Part shown: positions 8,167-18,418 of the stretch, piece after piece
Numbering within the stretch: the first letter of the stretch is position 1
How the letters are laid out: each line of letters begins with the position of its first letter
IMG/VR virus record: IMGVR_UViG_3300048851_000076
Coordinates: 1-35,126 of that record
Origin: a virus
Lineage: Duplodnaviria > Caudoviricetes
Length of the DNA stretch: 35,126 nt
Direction: 5' to 3' (one strand)
The notes under the pieces: model-generated
Told to the model about the DNA's origin: nothing
The model's input: the letters and a program-made list of their open reading frames with translations, nothing else
Database searches by the model: none
Position numbers and translations under genes: made by a program

Positions 8167-8412
8167 ATGCAGATCGATCACGACCCGAAAGAGCTTTCAC
8201 ACAAGGCGATAAAAATCGTTGCCTTGCTTGCTGTTGTCGTGGCGATAGCAATTGCCGTTCCGGTTGCCATGAGCATGAGCTGGACGATGCGTCAGCTTCC
8301 CATCCCGGTCGTGGCGTTGTTTGTCGGCACTATGGGCGGCCTTTCCGCCGGCTTCTTTATCGGGCGCTGGGATGCTCTTCGTGGTCAGCGAACACCCGGC
8401 AGAGAGGGATAG
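8167..8412 (+). CDS. Small two-TM membrane protein (moron)
   Basis: Two hydrophobic segments; start uncertain (8077 or 8167). Confidence 0.55.
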   Translation: MQIDHDPKELSHKAIKIVALLAVVVAIAIAVPVAMSMSWTMRQLPIPVVALFVGTMGGLSAGFFIGRWDALRGQRTPGREG

Positions 8413-10421
8413 GCGGATTTTCCGCCGCTCTGCAAAATCGCATTCACCACAGCCAGCCTCTGCTGATCCAGCACGTTCTCCTTGCCGCGCTTCATCAGCG
8501 CGTCAATGATCTCGTCACGCGCTTTTGCCTGAGCAACACTCAGGCGCCCTACTTCCTCAGCAACCTTGCCGGTGTCTGAGCTAGCTTTGGCCTGCGTAAG
8601 GGATCTAACGATGCCGCGAGCCACCTTCGTGCCGAGGCCTGTCAGCGTCGTATCACCCGGGATATCCTGGGCGTTCTCGATATCGTCGAGGAACTTCGTG
8701 AACCGTGTACCCATCGCGGTATCCGAACCACGGGTCACGCGATTGGCTGTGTCACCGAAGACCGTCTCCCGATCGATGGCATTCAAAGCCCGATCGGCAT
8801 TGTCCTGGCCGAAGAGCAGCCCGAGCTTTTCGCGGTTCCAGTCGCCCTCACCCCGAACAATGTTGCGTAGTGCCGTGGTGTCGTTGGCCTTCGTGCCGAT
8901 CGCGCGATGCACCTCGCCAAGTGCAGCCTGTCGCATCCGCGTTGGCACGGCGGAGGGACCGACTTGCATGCCTTGCGGTTGGGCCCCGGCAACCAAAGCT
9001 TCCTGCAGCTCGACCGGCCGCATCGCCGATGCCTCGTTATTGAGGATTGGCCGGCCAGTCGCCAACGCCTCACGCTGGCGGGCGAGCTCGGAGAAGCTGG
9101 CATCCACCTCCTTGATGCGAGGGACCGACCGGGTGAGCGCGTCATCAATCATCTGGCGTGCATCCATCAGGGAGTTAATGACCTTCGGATTCTGCTCGGT
9201 CGCCAATACGCCATCGATCGCCTGTCGCGTTTGGAAAGCAACGGAGGGGTCGTTGGTCACCCCTTCGCCGTCAAACTCATTCAGCATGCCCCGGACGCGC
9301 TGAAGCTGGCGCTGCGCATCGCCGCGCAAGGTCGTGATCTGCCGGTCCAGATCGTCCGTGATCGGTGTGAAATCGAACGGCGACCGCTCGCGGAAGATAG
9401 GTGCGTACTGCCGTCCTACCTGCTCCTGGCTCTGAACGATTTCTCGTTCAATGGCGGATGGGATCGGGTCGGGACCCAGATTTGCCTCCACATCGCCCCG
9501 CAGGCGGGTATTTGCCATGGCCGAGCGCTCGTTCAGCGGGTCCACGATCATACTGCGGGTGCCAGGGCGGGCAGCGGCACCGCGGGCGACGCCCTGCCAG
9601 TCAGGCGAGACGTCGGCGAGCATCGCATCCGGTCCAAGCCGATCAAGTTCCGAGCGGTACCAGCCCAGTTGTTCAGGATCGGCAAGTTCCTTGGTGACGT
9701 ACTTGCGGCCCTCACGCGTCATGGAGGAGAGCGCATCATCGCTTTCCCCAATGAGCCCCCGTGCCATGGCTTTGACTCCAGAATTTACGCCAGCAGCCAC
9801 CGGCATCATTACCAAACCCGTTGCCGCGCCCGTTCCTGCTTCGTAAAGACCCTGTAGCGCCCTGTCCTCGGCGCCCCCTTCTCCAGCGCCGAAACCTTGG
9901 ACCGCGCCAGTACCGATGCCCGCTCCCACCGTAGCAGCCACTTTGGCAGGCAGAGACAGACCACCGTTTCCGAGCACAACCTGACCGACGGCCGGCGCAG
10001 CTTTCATCAAGCCAAGGCCAGATCCCACGCCCCCGGCAATCTTCAGACCGGTGGAAGCAACAGGGTGCTGCTCGTCGAATGCCTTATCCTTGCCGCGCTG
10101 GATTTCGAGCGCCTGATCATATCGCTCTCCCCAGGTTTCGCCGGGAAGCTTCTCAAAACTGTCCGACAGCAGCGGATCAACGAGCGGCGCCAGCGTCGCA
10201 TTGGTCGCGGCGTTGGCTTCGTCCAGAAACGATCCAACACCCAGGACACCGCGGCCAAGGGAGCGCACGACGTTGTCGGCACTCCAGCCGCCTGGATCGT
10301 TGCTCTTCTCCGACGAGCCGCCATCCGACTGCAGCTTCTTCACGGCAAGGGAAAGCGATGCCTCGTCCGGAGCTTCGATTTCAAATGTCTGTCCGTTGAG
10401 ATCGACTTCATAGGTCGGCAT
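8385..10421 (-). CDS. Internal virion / DNA ejection protein
   Basis: Large Ala/Gly-rich helical protein, third gene of the ejection block. Confidence 0.7.
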   Translation of the reverse strand: MPTYEVDLNGQTFEIEAPDEASLSLAVKKLQSDGGSSEKSNDPGGWSADNVVRSLGRGVLGVGSFLDEANAATNATLAPLVDPLLSDSFEKLPGETWGERYDQALEIQRGKDKAFDEQHPVASTGLKIAGGVGSGLGLMKAAPAVGQVVLGNGGLSLPAKVAATVGAGIGTGAVQGFGAGEGGAEDRALQGLYEAGTGAATGLVMMPVAAGVNSGVKAMARGLIGESDDALSSMTREGRKYVTKELADPEQLGWYRSELDRLGPDAMLADVSPDWQGVARGAAARPGTRSMIVDPLNERSAMANTRLRGDVEANLGPDPIPSAIEREIVQSQEQVGRQYAPIFRERSPFDFTPITDDLDRQITTLRGDAQRQLQRVRGMLNEFDGEGVTNDPSVAFQTRQAIDGVLATEQNPKVINSLMDARQMIDDALTRSVPRIKEVDASFSELARQREALATGRPILNNEASAMRPVELQEALVAGAQPQGMQVGPSAVPTRMRQAALGEVHRAIGTKANDTTALRNIVRGEGDWNREKLGLLFGQDNADRALNAIDRETVFGDTANRVTRGSDTAMGTRFTKFLDDIENAQDIPGDTTLTGLGTKVARGIVRSLTQAKASSDTGKVAEEVGRLSVAQAKARDEIIDALMKRGKENVLDQQRLAVVNAILQSGGKSAYPSLPGVR

Positions 10422-12526
10422 CAGTCAGCCTTCTTTCTGATACGAACACCGGGGCCAAGGTCCGGCCGGTCCTGAAAACCTTCGTTCGGCGTCGAACCGG
10501 ACGGGATCTTGAAGTCGGCAAGCGGGTTCGCGAGCGCCTGGATCTGGCGCCGCCCCTCGGCGGGGTTGATTTCACGATTGGCGACCCGGTCGGCGATTTC
10601 GCCCATCTGCTGCTCATACTGGGCGATTCCGCGCATGGTCTGGAAGATGAGCTGATTGCCGCCTGGCTGATTGATGATGCGAGGAAGAGACGCGCGGAAC
10701 ATCTTGATATCCCCGTCCGACATTGTGCCAGAACCCGGCAGGCGCTGTTCCGGAACCATCTTTTCGAGCAGAGCGCTCGCGGCCTGGATATCGCTCAAGC
10801 CTTCGGTCGGAATACCCCACTCGCCGGCCGCCTGCTTCAACGCGCCTATCGCCCCCTGCGGTGCATTTGCCATCAGGCCTTCGAGACGGTCGATCCGGGC
10901 AAGCTTGCCTCTAGCCTCCATTCCGGACTGAGAAAGCGTGCTGAACGTTTCGGCGTTCTTCTTGTCCAGTTCCTTGTAGAAGCTGTCGCCCTCCCCGACC
11001 GTGACGTTGGTCGACGACGAACCCGCTTTTCTGATTGCCTGCTGGTAATCGAGCCGGCCGATCGGCGTTCGCCCTGCCGCCCGTTCGTCAGCGGCATAGG
11101 CATCATATTCCTTGATATCCGACGTCAGCCGGTTGTTTTCCCGATCGGCATTGAACTTCTCGCGCTCGAGCGTGAGCTTGTCTGTACCGCTTTGTTTCTC
11201 ATAGCCGAACTTCTCCCTGTCCATATCGATGCGTGCCTGTTCGGCCGGCGAAATCTTGGGATTGGCGAGCTGATCAGCCTGAATAGTCTTGAGGCGCAGA
11301 TCGGCCTGATAACCGGGGTCAGCCTGCTTCAACCGCTGCTCAAGGATCGCCTGATTGCGCGCCTGTTGCTGCTGAAGGAGCAGGCTCGCGATACCACGGG
11401 TTCTCTGGCTGATGCGCGGGTCGCCCAGCACCTGCAGGATTTCCGGCGGGATCGGTGCTCCATTCGGCGCTGTGACGGCCGGTGGGGAAGCCTGGGCAAC
11501 CTGAACAGGAGGAACTGCGGCGACGGCTGGGGCTGGTGCGACATCCCGGCTCGGCAACGGCGAAAGCGCGGCCTCGGCCTGTGGGGACTGAGCCGCGGCG
11601 GCTGGCTGATAGTTCGGAGCGGAAATGACCGGATCGACATAGCCCGATACAGGCGCTTGACGCTCGATCGCGGCAGCGGCCGGTGCCATGCCAGCGGACG
11701 GGTCGAGGCTCGCCACCTCGCCACCGCCCTGAAACTTCGGCAAATACGCGCTGGCATAGCTGCGACGGCGAGCGGCTTCTCCGCCAGGACGATCATACCC
11801 GGCGAATTTCCAGGCGTTTGCCATCATGTCCGCGGCCTCGTCGGGAGACTTCGCGGCATTGAGCTTCGCGATAAGCTGCGGATCTTCCTTCAGAAAGAAT
11901 TCTGCCTGCGTCTGCGGGCTGATCGCGCCCGGCCTCTCACCCTTCGACGAGGCGTAGTTGTAGAGGTTCTGCAATCGCTCCGCGCGCCAGGACATCACTC
12001 CGCCCGCCGTACCAGCCTGCCCGCTCTCGCTTGGATCGGACCAGGAGCGGTTTGCATTCGCGGGGGACCAGCCGCTCTCCGCCTTGCCGGTCGCGGCAAC
12101 GGCAGCCAGACCATACGGGTTGCTGAGGCCGCCAGCCTTAACCGTCTCAATGAAGGGCGAATAGATCTCACCGTCGGCAACGTCGATCGACGGATCGGTA
12201 GCCTTGATCTCGTCGGCGACCGAAGACCCGGGAAGCGTAGTTGCCGATGGCACCGCACCCCCGCCGCCCATCAGGCCGACGATCCTGTTGAACGCTTCCG
12301 CATCGTAGGCCTTGTTCTCGTTCTCCGCCCGGGCCAGCCTTCCACGGCGGAAGGACCCCGCTGCAGCATTGGCCACACGAGCCAGGCCTTCGTAGGCACT
12401 GCCCACGGGCGACGTGTCGATCCCACGCTGCAGGAGCGCGTCCTCGATCTCGCGCTGCTTGGCAATCTGTTCGGGCGTGAGCTGCGCCCCGCCCTCGCCC
12501 CAGACGAATGCTTTCGAAATTCCCAT
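10421..12526 (-). CDS. Ejection protein with phage tail-lysozyme-like domain
   Basis: AAVAATGKAESGWSP...GVMSWRAERL...QAEFFLKE lysozyme-like motif, then a Pro/Ala linker and helical region. Confidence 0.75.
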   Translation of the reverse strand: MGISKAFVWGEGGAQLTPEQIAKQREIEDALLQRGIDTSPVGSAYEGLARVANAAAGSFRRGRLARAENENKAYDAEAFNRIVGLMGGGGAVPSATTLPGSSVADEIKATDPSIDVADGEIYSPFIETVKAGGLSNPYGLAAVAATGKAESGWSPANANRSWSDPSESGQAGTAGGVMSWRAERLQNLYNYASSKGERPGAISPQTQAEFFLKEDPQLIAKLNAAKSPDEAADMMANAWKFAGYDRPGGEAARRRSYASAYLPKFQGGGEVASLDPSAGMAPAAAAIERQAPVSGYVDPVISAPNYQPAAAAQSPQAEAALSPLPSRDVAPAPAVAAVPPVQVAQASPPAVTAPNGAPIPPEILQVLGDPRISQRTRGIASLLLQQQQARNQAILEQRLKQADPGYQADLRLKTIQADQLANPKISPAEQARIDMDREKFGYEKQSGTDKLTLEREKFNADRENNRLTSDIKEYDAYAADERAAGRTPIGRLDYQQAIRKAGSSSTNVTVGEGDSFYKELDKKNAETFSTLSQSGMEARGKLARIDRLEGLMANAPQGAIGALKQAAGEWGIPTEGLSDIQAASALLEKMVPEQRLPGSGTMSDGDIKMFRASLPRIINQPGGNQLIFQTMRGIAQYEQQMGEIADRVANREINPAEGRRQIQALANPLADFKIPSGSTPNEGFQDRPDLGPGVRIRKKAD

Positions 12527-12529
12527 CTA

Positions 12530-13312
12530 TCAAGCTCCGAAGCTGAACATGCCGAACGGTGCGGAAAGCAGACCGAACAGCCCGCCCATCTTCGATTGGG
12601 CTGCTGCCGTGTCCGCCTTGTATTTGTCGGAAACCATCCCCGCATAATCGACACCGCCCACGCTCGCCTGAGGCGTGTTGACGAACTGCGGAGTCTGAAC
12701 CTGCGACCCGGAAAGAAGAGCGCTGATTTCCTGCAATGGCTGGTTTCGCTCGGCATACGCTTCGCTGAGCGCCTGGGAGCGTCCGGTCAGGAAGAGGTTG
12801 TTGTAGGCGTCATTCCTGCCCTGGCTGAAATCGCCCATGGCCGATTTCCAGGCCTCCGACCCCTCCTGGATACCCTGATTGGCGAGCCGCGTGCGAAGCG
12901 CCTCCTCCTGTTTAGCAAACTGAGGATCGAGACGCGCCGACCCGAGTTCGGCAAGACGAGCTTCCGCCTCGGAGGTATCAGCCTTGAACGGCTCGGAGAG
13001 GTAATCCTTGAGGAAGTTGCTCTGCTCATTGGCGATGGTGCCGAGGTTGAGGCTGGCGCTGTCCGTCTGGTCCTTGATCGCCTGCTGCGCGGCCGAAAGG
13101 GCGGTTGTCGCCGTGTATTTCGGGATGGTGACGGTCTGACCCTGCGAGTTGACGAAGGTGTTTTTGCCGCTCTGGGTGTAGGTGAGCGAGCCGTCCGGGC
13201 CGACCTGGTCGACCATGTTGGTCAACTGCTGGGCCTGCGCCGTGTCAACGTTCATGCCGGCCTGAGCCGCCGCTGTCTCTTTCGGGTCGGGAGCCTTGGG
13301 AGTGCTGACCAT
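12530..13312 (-). CDS. Small ejection/pilot-like virion protein
   Basis: Gln/Ala-rich with a Gly-rich hydrophobic C-terminus; follows the GNAT gene. Confidence 0.65.
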   Translation of the reverse strand: MVSTPKAPDPKETAAAQAGMNVDTAQAQQLTNMVDQVGPDGSLTYTQSGKNTFVNSQGQTVTIPKYTATTALSAAQQAIKDQTDSASLNLGTIANEQSNFLKDYLSEPFKADTSEAEARLAELGSARLDPQFAKQEEALRTRLANQGIQEGSEAWKSAMGDFSQGRNDAYNNLFLTGRSQALSEAYAERNQPLQEISALLSGSQVQTPQFVNTPQASVGGVDYAGMVSDKYKADTAAAQSKMGGLFGLLSAPFGMFSFGA

Positions 13313-13692
13313 CAATACTTCCAATCGTCTTTGAGAATGCCGACGAGAATTGCGTCTCTACCCCGGCCGAAATGATTGCGGATGAGCCCTTCAATCTCGC
13401 CGCCGAGCTTTTCGGCGATCCGGACGACGCGGGGCTGTTCAGTGATGACGGTCATTCGCTCGCACGCGAGTTGGCTGAACACGTATTCGCCGACGCTCGT
13501 CAGGAACCCGCGCGAAAAACCACGGCCGGCGACGCTGACGTGAATATCGGCGCCCTCGAACACGTTGAAGACGACACCGCCGACGACTTCCCCGCCCCGC
13601 TCGATACCCATCGCAGTGAACGGCGGCACGAAAGGTTTGTCGACGAGCCGCGATACGAGGTCTGCTACGCGAGCATCGGTGACGATGTTCAT
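13312..13692 (-). CDS. GNAT-fold acetyltransferase-like protein
   Basis: AEKLGGEIEGLIRNHFGRGRDAILVGILKDDW, RimJ/L-like; usual position in podovirus tail modules. Confidence 0.75.
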   Translation of the reverse strand: MNIVTDARVADLVSRLVDKPFVPPFTAMGIERGGEVVGGVVFNVFEGADIHVSVAGRGFSRGFLTSVGEYVFSQLACERMTVITEQPRVVRIAEKLGGEIEGLIRNHFGRGRDAILVGILKDDWKY

Positions 13693-15269
13693 GCGACGAT
13701 ATCCGTTTCCTCATAGGTGAGGTCTATGCGGACAATCTCGGTATCGAGGGGAATGGAGGCGCCGCTGGTGATCCGTGCGCAAGGAGCAATAGCGCAGCCC
13801 TCGCCCGGTACGGATTCCCAATCCTGCTGTATTTCCTTGACCCTGCCCTCGCCCCAGACGCTTTGCCCCCAAACCGCGGCGCCCCACTCGTTCAGCGATG
13901 GGATCAACGGAGCGGACGGGGCAACCGGGAGATTGATGATGTAGTCGGCCTGGATCGTCAGTTGCACTTCTGTGCTGATCGCCGTTCTCAAGACAGCGCG
14001 GGCCATGCGGATGATCTTCTTCGACAGAGGGTTTCCCATGTCCTCGAAGAGCGGGATGTAAGTTGAGGTATAGGGCATGCCCTGGTCGGTACCGCCGGTG
14101 AAGCCTTCCACGATCTTGCCGTTTCTAGACCCGAAGAAGAGCCGGCCGTTAAAGACCTCCAGGCAGTTGCCGTCCCAGGCCGTCCAGTTCGACCATGCTC
14201 CAGTTCGCGTGTTGACGACAAACATCTGCGGGGCGGTCCCCGTCAGCGTCGGAAGCGCGATCACTGCAATCTGCTTTTCCGGCCAAATCTCACAGCACCA
14301 CGGCACGCTGTCGCGCTCGGCTACGGTCGAATTCCAGGCGGTTTCGATGTTGTAGGAAATGGCCGTCGAGGAAAGGGCCGCATAATCCCGTTGCATAGCC
14401 TGGGAGAGCGGAACCACGCCGATCGATGTCGAAATAATGAGGTCACCGCCGGCCCGGAAGAAGGCTTTGGCGCCGAGCGGCTTGCCGATCCGGTAAACAC
14501 CGATCTTCTGCCAGGTATTCGCATCCCCTGGATTTGCGCCGGCGAACACGGCAACCTCGCCCTCGGTCGTGACGAACGCACAATACTCGTTCGGTCCGTC
14601 GCCGCTCTCGATCGACCAGGACGAACCAAAGAGAAGCGATCCGCCGCGGGTGAACACGCCGGCCAGTGGAAGCTTCACGAGCTCCCCGCCCATGACGTTT
14701 ACGGGCAGGTACCACGCATCCATGCTGTCTTTCTGGATGAAGAACAGGCGGTTCTTGTAGGTCCAGACGCGCGCCATCTGGTTCGCGGTCACAGTCACTC
14801 CGACCGCAAAAGTCAAAGCAGGCGAGGTCGAGAACGTCGACCCGTCATAGACGAATGGAGTGTCGCTGCCGTTCACACCGCGCAGGAAAGCCTGGCCGTC
14901 GGTATTGACGAACTGGACGACGCTCCAATCCCCACTGGTCAGGCCGGTAAGCTTATTGGTCGGCGCGCTGGTGATGTCCGCGATCTCGTTTTCGTTCGCA
15001 GCGAACAGCGCTTGGAGGTTTCCGCTCTTGTACGAGAACAGCGACAGCACCGGCTTGGTGGTGGTCGGCATCGTCGAGAATATGTCGTTGCCGCGGCGCA
15101 TCTCGCCACCGGTCGCCGTGGGCAGGATGTTCTCATAAACCCATGCCCCTTGCGGCGCATTCGGATCAGGCCTTGCGATGTTCTGGTTTGCGATCCAGCC
15201 AGCGACTGCCGCGGGAAAGCTCTTCGGACGGACGCGGCGCGGCTTTACCTTCGGTGCGGGCTTTCTCAT
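13689..15269 (-). CDS. Tail tube / nozzle (DNA stabilization) protein
   Basis: 526 aa, beta-rich (YKNRLFF, FNGRLFFG repeats); follows the adaptor. Confidence 0.7.
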   Translation of the reverse strand: MRKPAPKVKPRRVRPKSFPAAVAGWIANQNIARPDPNAPQGAWVYENILPTATGGEMRRGNDIFSTMPTTTKPVLSLFSYKSGNLQALFAANENEIADITSAPTNKLTGLTSGDWSVVQFVNTDGQAFLRGVNGSDTPFVYDGSTFSTSPALTFAVGVTVTANQMARVWTYKNRLFFIQKDSMDAWYLPVNVMGGELVKLPLAGVFTRGGSLLFGSSWSIESGDGPNEYCAFVTTEGEVAVFAGANPGDANTWQKIGVYRIGKPLGAKAFFRAGGDLIISTSIGVVPLSQAMQRDYAALSSTAISYNIETAWNSTVAERDSVPWCCEIWPEKQIAVIALPTLTGTAPQMFVVNTRTGAWSNWTAWDGNCLEVFNGRLFFGSRNGKIVEGFTGGTDQGMPYTSTYIPLFEDMGNPLSKKIIRMARAVLRTAISTEVQLTIQADYIINLPVAPSAPLIPSLNEWGAAVWGQSVWGEGRVKEIQQDWESVPGEGCAIAPCARITSGASIPLDTEIVRIDLTYEETDIVA

Positions 15270-15964
15270 GGAATGATCGTCCCCGGAAATGCAAGATCGG
15301 CATCGATCGAAGTGCGGCGCGAACCGACGGAGAGGATGCGCCTGCCCTTGTCCGCGCCCCCGATCTGCGCCAGTGCCCGTTCGTAATTCGCCATGGATTC
15401 CGAGTATTCGAGGCCTTTCATCTCCTTCCAGCGCCAGATAAGAGCGAGTGTCAGCAGGCGCTCGTCGAGTTTGAAAACGTCGTCATCGGCGCTGATCACC
15501 GTCTTGCCGTCACCCGAGGCGCTTTTCGCGATCTCGCTGGTGAGGAAATAGTATTGAGCCTTCTCGCTCGGACCCATCGGCGGGTAGATTTGCATCTTGT
15601 TGTCGAGGACAATCCAGAAGCCTGGCGTGCCAGCCGAGAGATAGGTCTGCAGGTTGATCCAGTGGTCGCGGTCGCGCGCCGGCCGGTATCCCGACTGCTG
15701 CCAGGTCGCGGAATGGATATTGCCCTTCACCGGCATGCGGTCGTATCCGGCCGGGAAGTCGAATGCGGTGGTCGTTCCGTCGCCCTGATGCTCGGCAAGA
15801 ACCATGAGCGCCTGCCATTCGAAAGCCTTGGCAATATCGACGGCCGCTTCCTGGACGAGATCCGAAAGCTCCAGCTCAAAAGCCTTCTGTGAGCTGAAGA
15901 TGGTCGTAGGTTCGCGGCCGACGAGCCGGATGGCCGCGGACTGGCAGGCGCTGAGGATGGTCAT
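15266..15964 (-). CDS. Head-tail adaptor (tail tubular A-like)
   Basis: Size and position; MTILSACQSAA...LLTLALIWRWKEMKGLEY pattern. Confidence 0.65.
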   Translation of the reverse strand: MTILSACQSAAIRLVGREPTTIFSSQKAFELELSDLVQEAAVDIAKAFEWQALMVLAEHQGDGTTTAFDFPAGYDRMPVKGNIHSATWQQSGYRPARDRDHWINLQTYLSAGTPGFWIVLDNKMQIYPPMGPSEKAQYYFLTSEIAKSASGDGKTVISADDDVFKLDERLLTLALIWRWKEMKGLEYSESMANYERALAQIGGADKGRRILSVGSRRTSIDADLAFPGTIIP

Positions 15965-15967
15965 GGA

Positions 15968-16771
15968 TCAGCCCTTGGCTTTCGCGGCGGCAATCTTGTC
16001 GTTGAGTTCCTTGGCCTTCTCGGCAAGGGTCTCTCTGCCCCAACGGCCATCGATCTCGTATTCCGGCTCGGCATCGACAATCCATGCCGCGAGGTCTTCC
16101 GCTTCCCAGTCGCTGAACGGATTCTCGGTTTCGGCCGGCTTGTCGGCTTCATCACCGCCAGACCCTTCCGCCTCGTCAGCCTCTTCAGCTACCTTCTCGG
16201 CCTTCTTCGCGTTGCTGGCCCTCTTCGGCGTGTTCGACTTGCCTTCGAGCTCGGCCAGGCGCTTCTTCAGCCTCGCATTCTCGGCGGCAATCGACATCGC
16301 GTCGAGCTGGCGGGTCGCGCTGTCGAGATACAGCTGAGCCTGGGTCTTGAGTTCCCGCCCGTTCATGCCGAGCATCTTGAGCGGGTTGCCATCGAGCGCC
16401 GCAAGCGATTCCGCGGTATGGATATTCAACGCCTTCAACTCCAGGCGCTTGCCCTGAGTCAGGAAGGTAAGCTCCTCAAGCGGTGTGCCGTGCGCGGCCT
16501 GGGCCTCGCCGTTCTTGAACCGCATGTACTGTTCGTTGAACTTCTGGGCATAGGTGATCCGGGTCCGCTCCTGCGTCAGCGGGTCGTCGGCCCATTCGCA
16601 CATTTCATGCGCCGGGAAGACGCCGACGGTCTGCTTGTTGCCGGAGAACCGGATCTCGCAGACTTCCTGGTCGTCGTAGACCGGCCGGCCCTTCTTGCGG
16701 CTTTCGGCTTCATTCTGCGTGCTGAGCATCTTGAAGACCGGATAGGTCAGGGATGAATTGTTCTCGCTCAT
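15968..16771 (-). CDS. Hypothetical phage protein in head module
   Basis: 267-aa ORF on the late strand with an acidic C-terminus. Confidence 0.7.
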   Translation of the reverse strand: MSENNSSLTYPVFKMLSTQNEAESRKKGRPVYDDQEVCEIRFSGNKQTVGVFPAHEMCEWADDPLTQERTRITYAQKFNEQYMRFKNGEAQAAHGTPLEELTFLTQGKRLELKALNIHTAESLAALDGNPLKMLGMNGRELKTQAQLYLDSATRQLDAMSIAAENARLKKRLAELEGKSNTPKRASNAKKAEKVAEEADEAEGSGGDEADKPAETENPFSDWEAEDLAAWIVDAEPEYEIDGRWGRETLAEKAKELNDKIAAAKAKG

Positions 16772-16797
16772 CGTCGAGGCTCCTGTCTGAGAGGTTG

Positions 16798-16830
16798 CAA
16801 AGAAACAGGCGGAGCCAAAGCCCCGCCTTT
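16798..16830 (-). terminator. Rho-independent terminator after the capsid genes
   Basis: Minus strand AGGCGGGGC-TTTG-GCTCCGCCT followed by GTTTCTTTT. Confidence 0.7.
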
Positions 16831-16851
16831 CTGATGTCCTGCTGGGTGGCC

Positions 16852-17367
16852 TTAGTCGGCCAGGGCGTCGTTGACGAACGGACGGCTGATCTCGAACTCG
16901 GCGAGGCCGGCGGAGGGAGTGCCGATCGCGGACGCACCCTTGGCGTTCTGGACGCGGTCACCGGCAACGACAGCATCGTCAACCGAACCGGCCGTGGCCG
17001 TCGCGTAGACGTTGGCGTCATCGACGAAGCCGGCCAGCACCTTCCCGACTGCCTTGCCCTGGATCTGGTACCAGCCGAATTCGTTGGCGATGGTACCAGC
17101 CATGGCAATCGCCACCGGGCCGATGGCATTCGCCACAAGCAGCGTGGACGAGAAGTCGTCGGCATTGTAGGTGACCCACGAACCGCGCTCGGTGTTGGCA
17201 ACACCCTTGAGGTAGATGAATTCACCCGTGCCGTAATCTGGGTCCTGGGCGGTGGCGATATCGCCGAGCCAGGGGCCTGGGGTGGACCGACCGGCTGCCG
17301 AAGAAGCCGGAAGGTGAGAGGCGATCGGAGGATGCCCGAGGTTCACATTGTGGAAAACGAAAGCCAT
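16852..17367 (-). CDS. Capsid decoration / minor capsid protein
   Basis: Directly after the MCP with a GGAGG RBS; GEFIYLKG and FGWYQIQG motifs. Confidence 0.65.
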   Translation of the reverse strand: MAFVFHNVNLGHPPIASHLPASSAAGRSTPGPWLGDIATAQDPDYGTGEFIYLKGVANTERGSWVTYNADDFSSTLLVANAIGPVAIAMAGTIANEFGWYQIQGKAVGKVLAGFVDDANVYATATAGSVDDAVVAGDRVQNAKGASAIGTPSAGLAEFEISRPFVNDALAD

Positions 17368-17379
17368 GAAGGTTCCTCC

Positions 17380-18393
17380 TTACGCGGCCGGGTTGGAGTC
17401 GTAGAGCTTCCACTGGAACAGCGGATTGGTCTGCGTAAGCTCACCCATGAAGCCGATGTACTGGACAACGGCATCCTGGTTGATCGGCATCAGTGCGCGG
17501 CCGATCTTGTTGAAGTTTCGTTCCGGGTGGTAGCGGAGGCGGAGGTTCTCGGTGTCGAGCCCGTAGGTCGTGTTCGCCGGCATGTTGGAGCCGATGCCAC
17601 CTTCCTGGACGATTTCTGCCTGACGACCGGCACCGAAATATTTCAGCGTCTGGAAGCCGAGCTTGCCAAGGCCCGTCTCGTCGTTGATGCGCTGGATCGC
17701 GATGGTGGCCGCGTCATAGGCCGCATAGTGCTCAGGCGACATCAGCAGCAGGTCGGCCGCCTTCTTGTTGCGGGAGCGCTGCGTCATGATGCGGTTCAGG
17801 AACGGGCGGATGGTCGTCGCGGTGACCTGCGTGCCGATATCCGTTGCGAACGAATTCGCATCGAATGCCGAGGTGCGCCAGATGGCATTCGTACGGTCGA
17901 TACCGCCGTAGACACCGGAGTTGACGACCGTTGGAACCGCCAGCTGCAAACCGCCGAGTTCCTTGCCGCCGAAGCGGGTGCCGTTGCCATGCAGCGAAAG
18001 GTCAACTTCGTCTTCCAGTTCGCTTTCGGCCGCGGAAATGTGGGCCTCCATCACGTCCATGAGCTGATTTTCACCCTCGTTATTGAGGATTTCCTCGTTG
18101 CTCAGGGTGACGGCGACGGCGCACATCTTCGGCGTCCATTCGGCGTCGTTGAAGAGTTCCGCCGGCACCGGGTTCAGGAAGTCGTAGCCGTTATACCAGA
18201 CGGCCGAACCGGTCTTGGCATAGAGCAGGCGCTCACGGATACGAGGGCCGCTATACGGCTTCCAATTGCCCTTGCGCTTCAGGACGGCGAGAAGGGCTTT
18301 CGAGTTGGAGACCAGATCCTGGTAACCCGAAGAACGGTCTTCGAGCGCCAGAGACAGAATCTCCTGGTTCTTTTCAACAGATGTTAGGGCCAT
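17380..18393 (-). CDS. Major capsid protein
   Basis: 337 aa after the scaffold; strong RBS AAGGAGG; biased codon use. Confidence 0.85.
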   Translation of the reverse strand: MALTSVEKNQEILSLALEDRSSGYQDLVSNSKALLAVLKRKGNWKPYSGPRIRERLLYAKTGSAVWYNGYDFLNPVPAELFNDAEWTPKMCAVAVTLSNEEILNNEGENQLMDVMEAHISAAESELEDEVDLSLHGNGTRFGGKELGGLQLAVPTVVNSGVYGGIDRTNAIWRTSAFDANSFATDIGTQVTATTIRPFLNRIMTQRSRNKKAADLLLMSPEHYAAYDAATIAIQRINDETGLGKLGFQTLKYFGAGRQAEIVQEGGIGSNMPANTTYGLDTENLRLRYHPERNFNKIGRALMPINQDAVVQYIGFMGELTQTNPLFQWKLYDSNPAA

Positions 18394-18418
18394 ACGCCCC
18401 TCCTTTTGGGAAAATGGA

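Noticed and set aside
11192-13375. 727-aa + strand ORF (also 16753-18387, 19770-21179, 14391-15386, 8907-9857)
   Set aside because: Antisense shadows of well-supported GC-rich virion genes; no recognisable motifs.
17528-17545. TGGTAGCGGAGGCGGAGG resembling the tRNA 3' end, as a possible second att site
   Set aside because: Short, imperfect and inside the capsid gene. No tRNA-fragment repeat was seen at the left end, so the other att is presumably outside the window.
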